Below are positions 21,537 to 30,603 of a stretch of DNA of 64,000 bases, in pieces. The first letter of the stretch is position 1. Every line of letters begins with the position of its first letter. Source of the DNA: an uncultured virus (IMG/VR IMGVR_UViG_3300023292_000006). Taxonomy: Duplodnaviria; Heunggongvirae; Uroviricota; Caudoviricetes. The notes beneath the pieces were generated by a model. The model worked only from the letters and a program-made list of their open reading frames with translations, made no database searches and was not told the origin of the DNA. The translations under genes were made by a program, and so were the position numbers. The stretch lies in IMG/VR virus record IMGVR_UViG_3300023292_000006, one strand, 5' to 3'.

Positions 21537-22100
21537 ATGAGCGAACAAAAAGTACCGCAAATGAGTGGAATGAAGCAAGTAGTATGGCATCCTGGAACAC
21601 AGGTAGAAATACCTATTTCAGCAGAACGTGCACTTATTGACAACCAGATTACTATGAGTAAGAATCAAAAACTCAGAGGTGATCATACTGGAACGATCGA
21701 TCTTGAACGTGATCAAGGTCGCACCGAACGTGAGGTTGTATCAGTTACTGCAACACAGACTATCCTTGATACATATGGTATTGATAATAGACCATATATT
21801 AACGTTAGTTTCCCTATAGGATTAATTGGTCAAACAATTAAAGTCCCTGTTGATTCAGAAGTCTTAACAATGCCTCTTGGTGATCTTAAGCCAAATGAAC
21901 TTGATGGTAATGAGTGGGCAGATGGATCGTCTAGTTCAGCTAACGATACAGATCTAATTGAACCAACTCCAGCATTTGTTGCTGATTCAGCTCAACCCAT
22001 GTACAGTGACTTACCTGGCAAAATTGGTGGTCCAGTAATGAATGACGATAATTACCTCACATTCTCTGGTGCTGGTAAAGAGATTCCTGGCGATCTATAA
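21537..22100 (+). CDS. Probable virion protein, paralog of 22114-22491
   Basis: C-terminal YSDLPGKIGGPVMNDDNYLT; GSSSS tract; GGAGG RBS. Confidence 0.5.
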   Translation: MSEQKVPQMSGMKQVVWHPGTQVEIPISAERALIDNQITMSKNQKLRGDHTGTIDLERDQGRTEREVVSVTATQTILDTYGIDNRPYINVSFPIGLIGQTIKVPVDSEVLTMPLGDLKPNELDGNEWADGSSSSANDTDLIEPTPAFVADSAQPMYSDLPGKIGGPVMNDDNYLTFSGAGKEIPGDL

Positions 22101-22113
22101 GAGGTAATATAAG

Positions 22114-22491
22114 ATGGGTGCTCCAATAAATCATATACCTGATTACGAGGGAAGTCTCGTTCCTATACCCATTGATCTCATTAATATATGGGAAAATGAT
22201 ATCCGTATGGATAATCGTTTAAAACTTGGAGTCGAGTATGTCGGCTTAGTCGACATAAGTGATGGTGGAGGGGCCAGTTCTAGTTCAAGTGGTTCTGGAC
22301 CCCTACCTACTTACAATGGTGGTTACTATCACCCAATTGCATCAATAGAATTTATTGAACCTGAAACTATTTTTGAAACAAATCATAATCAAAACGTTTA
22401 TACAGAATTGCCAGGTCGCATGGGTGGTCCAGTAATGAATGAAAATAATTACTTGACTTATCCAGGAGCAAACGGGTACGTACCTGGTTAG
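22114..22491 (+). CDS. Probable virion protein, paralog of 21537-22100
   Basis: C-terminal YTELPGRMGGPVMNENNYLT; GASSSSSGSG tract. Confidence 0.5.
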   Translation: MGAPINHIPDYEGSLVPIPIDLINIWENDIRMDNRLKLGVEYVGLVDISDGGGASSSSSGSGPLPTYNGGYYHPIASIEFIEPETIFETNHNQNVYTELPGRMGGPVMNENNYLTYPGANGYVPG

Positions 22492-22524
22492 ACAAGAAGT
22501 CCAAGTTCTTCTTAAAGGAGCTTT

Positions 22525-22764
22525 ATGAGTTTAGTAGTTGATCTTATTGGTGGATTAGTCAAGTTAGGTGTTAACCTTACAGACGGCCAAACAAAAACTT
22601 TGAAATGGCGACTATCTAAAGCTGGTAGAAAGCATTATTCAGATAAAGAAAATAATGAGTTCTATGTTGCATTACAAGAAGGCAATACTGATATTATAGA
22701 TGTTACACGAAAAGAAAAGCAAATACGGATCAATGAATTAAAAAGAAAGTTAGGTAAGAAATGA
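22525..22764 (+). CDS. Small protein in the putative lysis cassette
   Basis: AAGGAG RBS; amphipathic N-terminus; basic tail. Confidence 0.45.
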   Translation: MSLVVDLIGGLVKLGVNLTDGQTKTLKWRLSKAGRKHYSDKENNEFYVALQEGNTDIIDVTRKEKQIRINELKRKLGKK

Positions 22765-23132
22765 AATATCTATTACTATGTATCACAATTCTACTTCTAT
22801 CCAGCTGTAGCAATATTCCCACCGAACGAATTAAATTAGATGCTTCCGCTTTAAAACAAGAAGATAAATCTTTTGTTGTCAACAAAGGCAAGATTCAATT
22901 ACCTGATGGATCAACTATAGATATTCAAAAAGATACTCCTGAACAAATTGGTAACTGGTATATTGTTCATGAAGATTACATAAAGGAACACAACACGAAC
23001 CAAGATGATTTAATTGATTCATATGGGGAACAGGTTCAATTGAATAAATTGAATAATATACTAAAGATTATATGTAGTTCTCTTGGTGCAGGGGTTTTGG
23101 TACTTCTAGTCTTGAGGAGAAAACATGTCTAA
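22761..23132 (+). CDS. Lipoprotein with C-terminal TM helix (unimolecular-spanin architecture)
   Basis: MKYLLLCITILLLSS-C lipobox; C-terminal IICSSLGAGVLVLLVL-RRK. Confidence 0.55.
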   Translation: MKYLLLCITILLLSSCSNIPTERIKLDASALKQEDKSFVVNKGKIQLPDGSTIDIQKDTPEQIGNWYIVHEDYIKEHNTNQDDLIDSYGEQVQLNKLNNILKIICSSLGAGVLVLLVLRRKHV

Positions 23133-23358
23133 TGTATTTAATAAGGCACTGAGTGGTAGGTTCTGGTTAACCATTGTTGCTGCTGCTTCATTTGTTATTC
23201 TCATTCGGACAATGTGTAAGATACTAATAGATAAATCTGCAGATATTGAAGTAGAGCATATAATTTTGTTAATCACAAATCTTGCATTAGTAATTCAAAA
23301 TGTGTTCACATCATATTTCAATAAGAAACGAGAACCTGATAATGGCAACGGAGATTGA
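23125..23358 (+). CDS. Two-TM holin-like membrane protein
   Basis: 77 aa; two hydrophobic helices; SGRFWLT..YF + charged tail. Confidence 0.5.
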   Translation: MSNVFNKALSGRFWLTIVAAASFVILIRTMCKILIDKSADIEVEHIILLITNLALVIQNVFTSYFNKKREPDNGNGD

Positions 23359-23947
23359 TCCTGACTTCCCTACAGATAAAGAATTAGAGGATATTCTTCT
23401 ATCTGACGATACCCCTACACGGCAAGTCAAAGACCCAACGAGTAATGAACCAACACTCGATCTAAAGCATTTATCTAAGAAAAAAGGCCCAACTAAGTTA
23501 AAACGGAATAAGTCTAAAGGAAAGAAGAAACAAGGTCGCCCTGTAATATGGACTCCTGAAAAGAAGGCAAAGGATTTAGCAGAAAGAAAAGTTAAATCAC
23601 AACAGAAACGAGAAAAGAAAAAACATCTCGAACAATTAACTAAATTATCTTTAAATCAAAGTTTTAATCCCGCTGAACGAAAAAGATTAACTAATGCTGT
23701 TCAAAAAAGCAAAGAAGATTTAGAAAATGATATATTACAACGAAGGGAAGAAGAAAAACGAATACAAGGAGTAACCGATTTTACTCCGATATGTAACCAT
23801 ATCGATAAATTTTCATATATTGATATGGCTGGATATTTTGTGTCAGCATGTATGTACTGTTCAAGAAGTAAAAAATGGGACCCGAAAAAATGGGATGTGT
23901 ATTGGTCAAAAACAAAAAAGGAACTGAAGCATGGCAACCGAAAATGA
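23342..23947 (+). CDS. Hypothetical basic protein with C-terminal Cys/His cluster
   Basis: Lys-rich; C.H..CMYC; start moved to ATG 23342. Confidence 0.5.
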   Translation: MATEIDPDFPTDKELEDILLSDDTPTRQVKDPTSNEPTLDLKHLSKKKGPTKLKRNKSKGKKKQGRPVIWTPEKKAKDLAERKVKSQQKREKKKHLEQLTKLSLNQSFNPAERKRLTNAVQKSKEDLENDILQRREEEKRIQGVTDFTPICNHIDKFSYIDMAGYFVSACMYCSRSKKWDPKKWDVYWSKTKKELKHGNRK

Positions 23948-24203
23948 TAAACCAATAATTGAAGGTGAAGTTGTTAACGAAGAGGAAGTGGTAGAAACAC
24001 CCGAGGAACCGGAGGGTTCAGTTAAGACGAATGAAGATGGTAATATTGTCATTGATGACTTAACAAAAACCCAGTCTGATGCCATTCTTAATCAGATGGA
24101 TGGTATGGTATTTAAAGTAGGAGATGCATTTTTTAAGGTTGTTTACCAAAATCTTGGTCAACGTCGATTTACCGCCTCTATGATCAACGACATTAAGGGA
24201 TAA
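23931..24203 (+). CDS. Hypothetical protein
   Basis: Last + strand ORF; acidic N-terminus. Confidence 0.5.
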   Translation: MATENDKPIIEGEVVNEEEVVETPEEPEGSVKTNEDGNIVIDDLTKTQSDAILNQMDGMVFKVGDAFFKVVYQNLGQRRFTASMINDIKG

Positions 24204-24255
24204 TATTACTTTTTAGTACGAAAAATATTACTTTACCCATATTTATATGTGGGGC

Positions 24256-24290
24256 AACGCCGTTTCTATATAATATATAGAAACGGCGTT
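24256..24290. terminator. Perfect 17-bp inverted repeat between convergent transcription blocks
   Basis: AACGCCGTTTCTATATA-A-TATATAGAAACGGCGTT followed by TT; lies in the 24204-24309 gap. Confidence 0.7.
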
Positions 24291-24309
24291 TTCTCCGTAC
24301 AAAAAAGTT

Positions 24310-24924
24310 TCAATCTAGTGATTTATATAACTCAATTACATCCTTCGCAGTATTGAATACATGTTCAGCATCTACGCTTTCAGTGTCGATCGTTACAACC
24401 TTAATACCTTTACTTGCTAAATATTCAGGGAGTTCATTTCTATAGATATCCATCAACTTGAACATTACTTTATTATCCTTAGTCCATGCACATTTTCCAT
24501 GTGATTCATTTTTTTCTCGTTCACTAGTTACACGGTCAAGCAGAACTTCATTTGGAGCATCCAAAAGAATAACTAGATCAATCTTTTCTTCTGGATGAAT
24601 AGTATGTTCCAGAGCATCAATAGGAATTCCTTGTAATACACATTGATAACAAAATGTAGATGTCCACCATCTGTCAGCTACAACAACTTCATCCTTGCCA
24701 TGTACACATCTGAGGTATTCATCCATTCTAGCCGCACTGAATAATAGGAACTGGACTACCTTATCAATATCTTCCCATGGTTCTGTTCCCCTACATGCTG
24801 GCCTGATCATTTTTGCTAGAGGTGTCCCGTTAGGACTTGATAATGTATCATAACCATCATTCTTCAGATTATTTATCAAAGTGGTTTTGCCTGCGCCGTT
24901 CGGTCCTTCAATTACTACAAACAT
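24310..24924 (-). CDS. tmk: Thymidylate kinase
   Basis: VIEGPNGAGKTT, LLFSAAR, VVADRWWTS..YQ. Confidence 0.9.
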   Translation of the reverse strand: MFVVIEGPNGAGKTTLINNLKNDGYDTLSSPNGTPLAKMIRPACRGTEPWEDIDKVVQFLLFSAARMDEYLRCVHGKDEVVVADRWWTSTFCYQCVLQGIPIDALEHTIHPEEKIDLVILLDAPNEVLLDRVTSEREKNESHGKCAWTKDNKVMFKLMDIYRNELPEYLASKGIKVVTIDTESVDAEHVFNTAKDVIELYKSLD

Positions 24925-26003
24925 GTTATCATCTCCTTGAATTTTTTAATTATTATATGTTTATCTGATTCCCAATCTTGTTCCTTAATAATAAAGAATC
25001 TGCAATTTAATTTTTTTGTTAAATACATTTCTCGATATATATCTCGTTCAATATAACAATTATTATTGTGCCATTTCTCATAGAATTCTATAATAATATT
25101 TAGTTCATGAATATAACCATCTGGGAAATACCCAAAAAATTTTTTTTGTTTTTGAATTTGATAACTTGTGTATTTCTGCAATTCTTTAATACATATTCGT
25201 TCAATATTCCCAACTCTTGGGCTTAATGGTTCACCGTTTAATTTTTGTTCCTCAATACGATTTATAAAGTTATTCCTAAATATCTCTTTAGCTTCATCTG
25301 TTTTAGAAAAATTATCAACTCCGAATCTCAATAAGTTAGTGGATTTGATTTTTTCACGGATACATTCTGATTGCATAGGAAAGTCTACACCATATTTTTT
25401 TCTTGATGTTTCTTTTGATTTTTCTTTTACAGAATCTAATTGAAATACATTATCAACTCCATATCGTTTATTACATGTGATTTTAATTTTTTCTTTAAAT
25501 TCATCTGATTCTTGATATCTATCTGTACCATAACGTTCATTGCATGTGGTTTTAATCTTTTCTTTTACTTTTGTATTTTGTAATGATGATTTTGTACCAT
25601 ATTTCTTTAAATTGGTATCTTCAATTTTTTGTTTTATTATTGGGGATTTGGATGGATTGTCAACCCCATATTTATTAATCCATGTCAATTTTTTCTTCTC
25701 TTGAAATATATCGGATTTGGATGGATTATCGACTCCGTGAGCCAGTATCATCGAAATTTTTCTTTTCTCTTTTATAGAATTGTTTGTAGCCATACATTTA
25801 GTATTACAGAACGTATAATAACCTTTTGTGAGACCTTTGAATGTTGTAGGTTCACCACATGTATTACATATCCCCTCACCTTCAGATTTCATATATTTAT
25901 CATAATATTCTTTGAGTGTGATGTGATGTGATGGCTTTATATGGATAGATAAACTTCTTACTGATTTAAATGTTCGATGGCAAACACCACATTCAACAGT
26001 TAT
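24915..26003 (-). CDS. Putative homing endonuclease (Zn finger, KYGV repeats, PD-(D/E)XK); probable ATA start
   Basis: The frame extends 37 codons above ATG 25892 through CGVC..HIKPSH; GGAG lies 7 nt before ATA at 26003; FPDGYIHELNIIIEF. Confidence 0.7.
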   Translation of the reverse strand: MTVECGVCHRTFKSVRSLSIHIKPSHHITLKEYYDKYMKSEGEGICNTCGEPTTFKGLTKGYYTFCNTKCMATNNSIKEKRKISMILAHGVDNPSKSDIFQEKKKLTWINKYGVDNPSKSPIIKQKIEDTNLKKYGTKSSLQNTKVKEKIKTTCNERYGTDRYQESDEFKEKIKITCNKRYGVDNVFQLDSVKEKSKETSRKKYGVDFPMQSECIREKIKSTNLLRFGVDNFSKTDEAKEIFRNNFINRIEEQKLNGEPLSPRVGNIERICIKELQKYTSYQIQKQKKFFGYFPDGYIHELNIIIEFYEKWHNNNCYIERDIYREMYLTKKLNCRFFIIKEQDWESDKHIIIKKFKEMITCL

Positions 26004-26130
26004 ATCTATTCTCCATTCTTTTCTTTTATACTTTCATTTACGGATTCGACCATTGTTTTATCACATTCTTTAAGGATTGCAGTCATAACATCATCTTGTA
26101 ATATACTAAGGATGGTTGGGGTTTTATTCA

Positions 26131-26676
26131 TTATTCTCCCTTTTGAATGGCTAATGGTTTATCTGATTCATTCAATATCTTAGTTCCTACTTTTCTCATG
26201 ATACCAACAATATTATCAATTACTCGAATTTTAACTCCTGCAGCATCGAATGTTTTCTTTGTTGGTCCCCATTCATAAGTACCACTCTCTGATATATCAC
26301 CTGGTGCAACAAATCCACATATCACTTCTTTGATACCAGCTTGTGCTATCCAAGTTGCGCATGGTCCACATGGGTAATAACCCTTCTCAGAATATAGGTA
26401 TAGTCTGCATCCATCTAAATGTCTTCCGGCATTCAAAATTGCATTTGGTTCTGAATGGATTACAAAGTTATATTTCTCCGGTCTTGTCCATGGAAAAGTT
26501 TCATCATTATCACCATCAATTCTGGGAAATCCATTATACCCCATAGATACAACACGATTCATATTATCAACGATAACTGAACCATTTTGTGTTGATGGGT
26601 CTTTGCTCCTAAACGAAATCATAGCTGCCATCATGATAAACGTTTCATCCCAACTATTATATTTTTCTCGTTTCAT
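26131..26676 (-). CDS. dCMP deaminase
   Basis: RSKDPSTQ.G, MGYNGFP, IHSEPNAI, PCGPC. Confidence 0.92.
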   Translation of the reverse strand: MKREKYNSWDETFIMMAAMISFRSKDPSTQNGSVIVDNMNRVVSMGYNGFPRIDGDNDETFPWTRPEKYNFVIHSEPNAILNAGRHLDGCRLYLYSEKGYYPCGPCATWIAQAGIKEVICGFVAPGDISESGTYEWGPTKKTFDAAGVKIRVIDNIVGIMRKVGTKILNESDKPLAIQKGE

Positions 26677-26678
26677 AT

Positions 26679-26942
26679 TTATTTAATTCCTTTTGATGCT
26701 GATATCAAGCTATTTATTATTTCATTATCAATATCATGCGTTATCTGATTAGCCATAGATTTAACCAATTCATCATAATCCAATGGTAATGGGTCATTTT
26801 CATGTTCCAATATATAAATAATTTCATCTAATAGATTATCAAATTTTGGTTTTTCTATAGTTTGTGTTGGGAATAGAAGATTTTCATCTATAGTCCAACT
26901 AGATTGAAGCTTGGGTATCAGATTCAAGGATGGAACGTTCAT
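26679..26942 (-). CDS. Small protein resembling fragments of a T4-type major capsid protein (gp23)
   Basis: KLQSSWTIDE and ELVKSMANQITHDIDNEIINSL resemble gp23 QLKAAYSIE..ELSGILATEIMLEINREVVDWI. Confidence 0.45.
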   Translation of the reverse strand: MNVPSLNLIPKLQSSWTIDENLLFPTQTIEKPKFDNLLDEIIYILEHENDPLPLDYDELVKSMANQITHDIDNEIINSLISASKGIK

Positions 26943-27483
26943 TTACTAAATCCCTATTCGTAGCAGTTTCCTTTGTCCATTTACCAGGATATCGAGCTTT
27001 TAGTTTTTTGATGTTGGTTAATTTTACCGATTCAATATCTGTATCACATACTTGACATATTGTACATATAGCCGAATGGATAGATTGGGCTAACAGTTTA
27101 TTATCCTTTTCGTTTAATTCGACACCATAGTAATGACACTTCTTTAAGCCATCAAGGAGTTTCCCTGCAGTAACGTTAATAAAATCTATACATGACGATA
27201 TTACTGTTTCCTGACCATCAGGTTTCTCTGAATCATCAAAAATATCCAAGTCACTGAATTCCCACTTATACCCAAAACATAGAATTGCTAGGTACCAACA
27301 CAAGTCCCCACATTCTTCTAATACATTGACAATATCCATATCAGTTTCTGGATCAGATAAAACGAGAGCTTCTAATAATTCAGATGCTTCTGTTGTCAAA
27401 CCTATGATACCATGTTCGATATCATGATCACATTCATAATAATTACCAGACCTAGTCCGCATCGATTCTTTGAAATAACTCAT
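26899..27483 (-). CDS. MazG-like all-alpha NTP pyrophosphohydrolase (duplicated domain)
   Basis: GLTTEASELLE..EECGDLCWY..NIKKLKARYP. Confidence 0.8.
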   Translation of the reverse strand: MSYFKESMRTRSGNYYECDHDIEHGIIGLTTEASELLEALVLSDPETDMDIVNVLEECGDLCWYLAILCFGYKWEFSDLDIFDDSEKPDGQETVISSCIDFINVTAGKLLDGLKKCHYYGVELNEKDNKLLAQSIHSAICTICQVCDTDIESVKLTNIKKLKARYPGKWTKETATNRDLVNERSILESDTQASI

Positions 27484-27951
27484 TTAAACTCCTTCGAATT
27501 CAACCAATTCCCACGGGAAAATTAACCACTCATTTTCTTTTGCTATTGATGACCAGAAACTAGGTCTAGTCGAATTTTCTCTTACCCATAAAGATGCTGT
27601 CATCATTCTCTTCGGGTCACTTCTCTTCACAATAGACATCACGGCTTCAAACGTATCACCAGTATCAAGAATATCATCAACAATCAAAACATTCATATCC
27701 CTAATAGAATAGTTAAATGGTTCAACAGTAGATCTTTTCTTTTTAATCATTCCATTATAGTTACTATATATGATAGGGTAGATGTGTTTAACATTTAACA
27801 AATCAGATAATAGTCCAGCTGGGTACATACCACCCCGAAGAATGGGAATAATTACATCAGGTTCAAATCCCCTCTCATTTACCTGGTTAGCTATCTCCTT
27901 AGTTTCTTTTACAATGGTATCCCAATTTAAATTCTTTTTAACATATTCCAT
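27484..27951 (-). CDS. Type I phosphoribosyltransferase (Gpt-like)
   Basis: IIPILRGG, VLIVDDILDTGDT, WLIFPWE. Confidence 0.9.
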   Translation of the reverse strand: MEYVKKNLNWDTIVKETKEIANQVNERGFEPDVIIPILRGGMYPAGLLSDLLNVKHIYPIIYSNYNGMIKKKRSTVEPFNYSIRDMNVLIVDDILDTGDTFEAVMSIVKRSDPKRMMTASLWVRENSTRPSFWSSIAKENEWLIFPWELVEFEGV

Positions 27952-29956
27952 TTGAACTTCCTTATCCCGTGTAAAATTGTAATAATATATTTGTCTTATA
28001 GAATTTTACGGTTGTTTTTCCATCTACGATTGTGATATTATTTGAATCTGTTATTGCTTTAGCATTGACTTTACTGATTCGTTTATATCTAACACCTGAT
28101 GGTGCTATAAAATCCCTACCAATAGGTACATCTGCGAATATTAATTCTCTACTCATCAGTTCGCTCCTGTCTATTTGTTTTTTTTCTAAAGAAGTCCTTG
28201 ACTATATCATCCCGCTCAGATTCATCTGGCACATCAGGTATATCTTTAGTTAATAGACCTTCATCTATTCGTCTACATAAATCACATGTCCCTACATGTC
28301 CATTTTTTACATATACTCCCAAACTTGAACATTTTGGGCATCTGATATCTTTAACGAATTTTCCGTACTTAGTTCCTTTTAAATCAGAAGGAACCTGACC
28401 TGGTTTCTCATTCGAGGCTGGTTTTGTATCTTTCTTTGTAGGTTCATGATCCTCTGATATCATATTGTCAATTTTATGTTGAGCTTGATAAAAGGCAATT
28501 TTACTATTCAGGTCTTCTTCTGATTCACATCTATTGATATATAAAATATTTCGTTTGTTGGGATCTATATTATCTGTTAGATCCACAACTATATTTCCTG
28601 TCATACTCAGTTGAAAGTCAGTTTCTTCACCAATTATTAGATGAATAACGTTAACTTCATCATGCTCTTCTTTAAATAGTATCATTGAATAAAAATTCTC
28701 CTTTTAATTTATTCTTGAAGGCAGTTTATATAACTTTAATTAAATTTACTAATCAATCTCGATAAATCTTCTGGGTTAATGCTATCTTCTAAAGACATAC
28801 TTATCTCATTTATTCCATTTTCTTTTATGAATTGTATGACTTTTTCTATTTTATCTTCTAAGGTATCATGATAACCAAGTCTAGCTAGTACGGACAGATC
28901 CCAAACTTCTGATAACAACCAATGGAATGTGTTGATTGTAGCTTGGTCAATATTTGGTTTCTCCATCGGTTGCTCCTTTTACTTTTTGTTCCAGTAATTT
29001 GGGCAACTTGGATTAATACACATATATGTTGGTTTCCACCACTTCCTTTTTATACTGCTTCCACACAAGGCACAAAACGGAGGATTGGTGTTTGTAATTA
29101 TAGATAGGTATTCTAGATCCTCTTTCTTTTCCTGACCCGAGATGTCCTTATAATCACCAGCCTCTACCTGAGATCCATGTATCGACACATCTGATTGATC
29201 AACTAGCAATGGTTTATTGACTGTGATAAACTCTAAGTCAATAATTGATATTCCGGGATCTTTCTTCATATCTAATATAGTATATATTGCTGGTTCATGA
29301 TATGTATTACTCACTGTAGTACATACTTGAGATTCAATATGTTCTTCTCTTTTGAATATACCAATTATATATAAATTTTTTGGAATGGTACTATGAAGGC
29401 TCCATCCATCATCACCAAGGTTAGATATGGGTGTCCATATACCAATAGCATCTTCTAATCTCTTTGGTTTATCTTGTTCATACGTATAGGTCAATCCATG
29501 TTCGGGTATAAATACTTCAAACTTTGGATCGAAGTTTTCTTCTACTATTCGCATATACGCTAATCTAGTTTCAATTTTCATACAGTTATCCTTGTCATAA
29601 ACCAATCTAACAATTTTCTCTTTTGTTTTAGTATGGTGGTAACTTCCTCTATATCATCAGTATATATAAAATCTTTATTCTTTTCTTTTGACATTGATAA
29701 TCTATTAACTACTTCTATATCTGAATCCATAAACAGATAGCTAGTATAGTAATGTTGTTTATGGTTACACGATCCAGTTGAACCTTTATCCAATTCATAT
29801 ACCGTAATCGAATCGTCCAATATATCTATGATGTATTTGAAGGGTTTCCTGATTATTTCAATATATGAATTGGTCTTATCTCTTACCACCTCATGAATCA
29901 TTAACAACATAATAACTAGAATTATAACTATACATCCCATTAATTCAACTGACATA

Positions 29957-30181
29957 TCAACCTATCCATTTGTATAACCCCCACAAGTTAATAGTTACAT
30001 AAACACAGTTAAGGACGACCATTGCCCATTCTCGCTTCTTTGTGAAGTATAACAAAAATCCCATATTACCCATCATGTAAAAAACCCAGCATAGATAATT
30101 TTTTTCTGCATTTAGAAATACTCCCACAATAGTCAATATAGTGGATATCCATAATACTACTTGATATTTAGCCGTAGACAT
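29957..30181 (-). CDS. Small three-TM membrane protein (PnuC-like half transporter)
   Basis: TIVGVFLNA.K..CW..GN..INLWGLYKW. Confidence 0.5.
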   Translation of the reverse strand: MSTAKYQVVLWISTILTIVGVFLNAEKNYLCWVFYMMGNMGFLLYFTKKREWAMVVLNCVYVTINLWGLYKWIG

Positions 30182-30603
30182 ATCTAGTAGTTACTCCATC
30201 TTTCAGAGTCTTGCCTTTTTTCTTTTTCGATACCCGCTTCGTCATATCTACATGATCATGGTTATCACAAAACCGCCGTAGATTAGCTACTCGATCATCA
30301 GATCCCTTACCAATTGTCCATTTTTCACCACTCATATCGTGTCACCCATATTAGTTCCATTATTCTTTTAGTCGCGAGAGTACAATCAAATGTTTCAATA
30401 TTTCTTTTAATTTCTGCTTCCATCTCTTTGCTTAGATCCTGATTAGACTTTCCCTCTATCTTATCCAGAAAGTTAGCATATATACTTCTTTTTTGTTTTT
30501 CAATTTTATCAGGGTGAATAATACCCCTTTGAATATTATCCAAATGATTCTTATTTTTTATAAATATTTGTTCAGATTGTTTTAGGTTTTTCTTCATCTC
30601 GAC

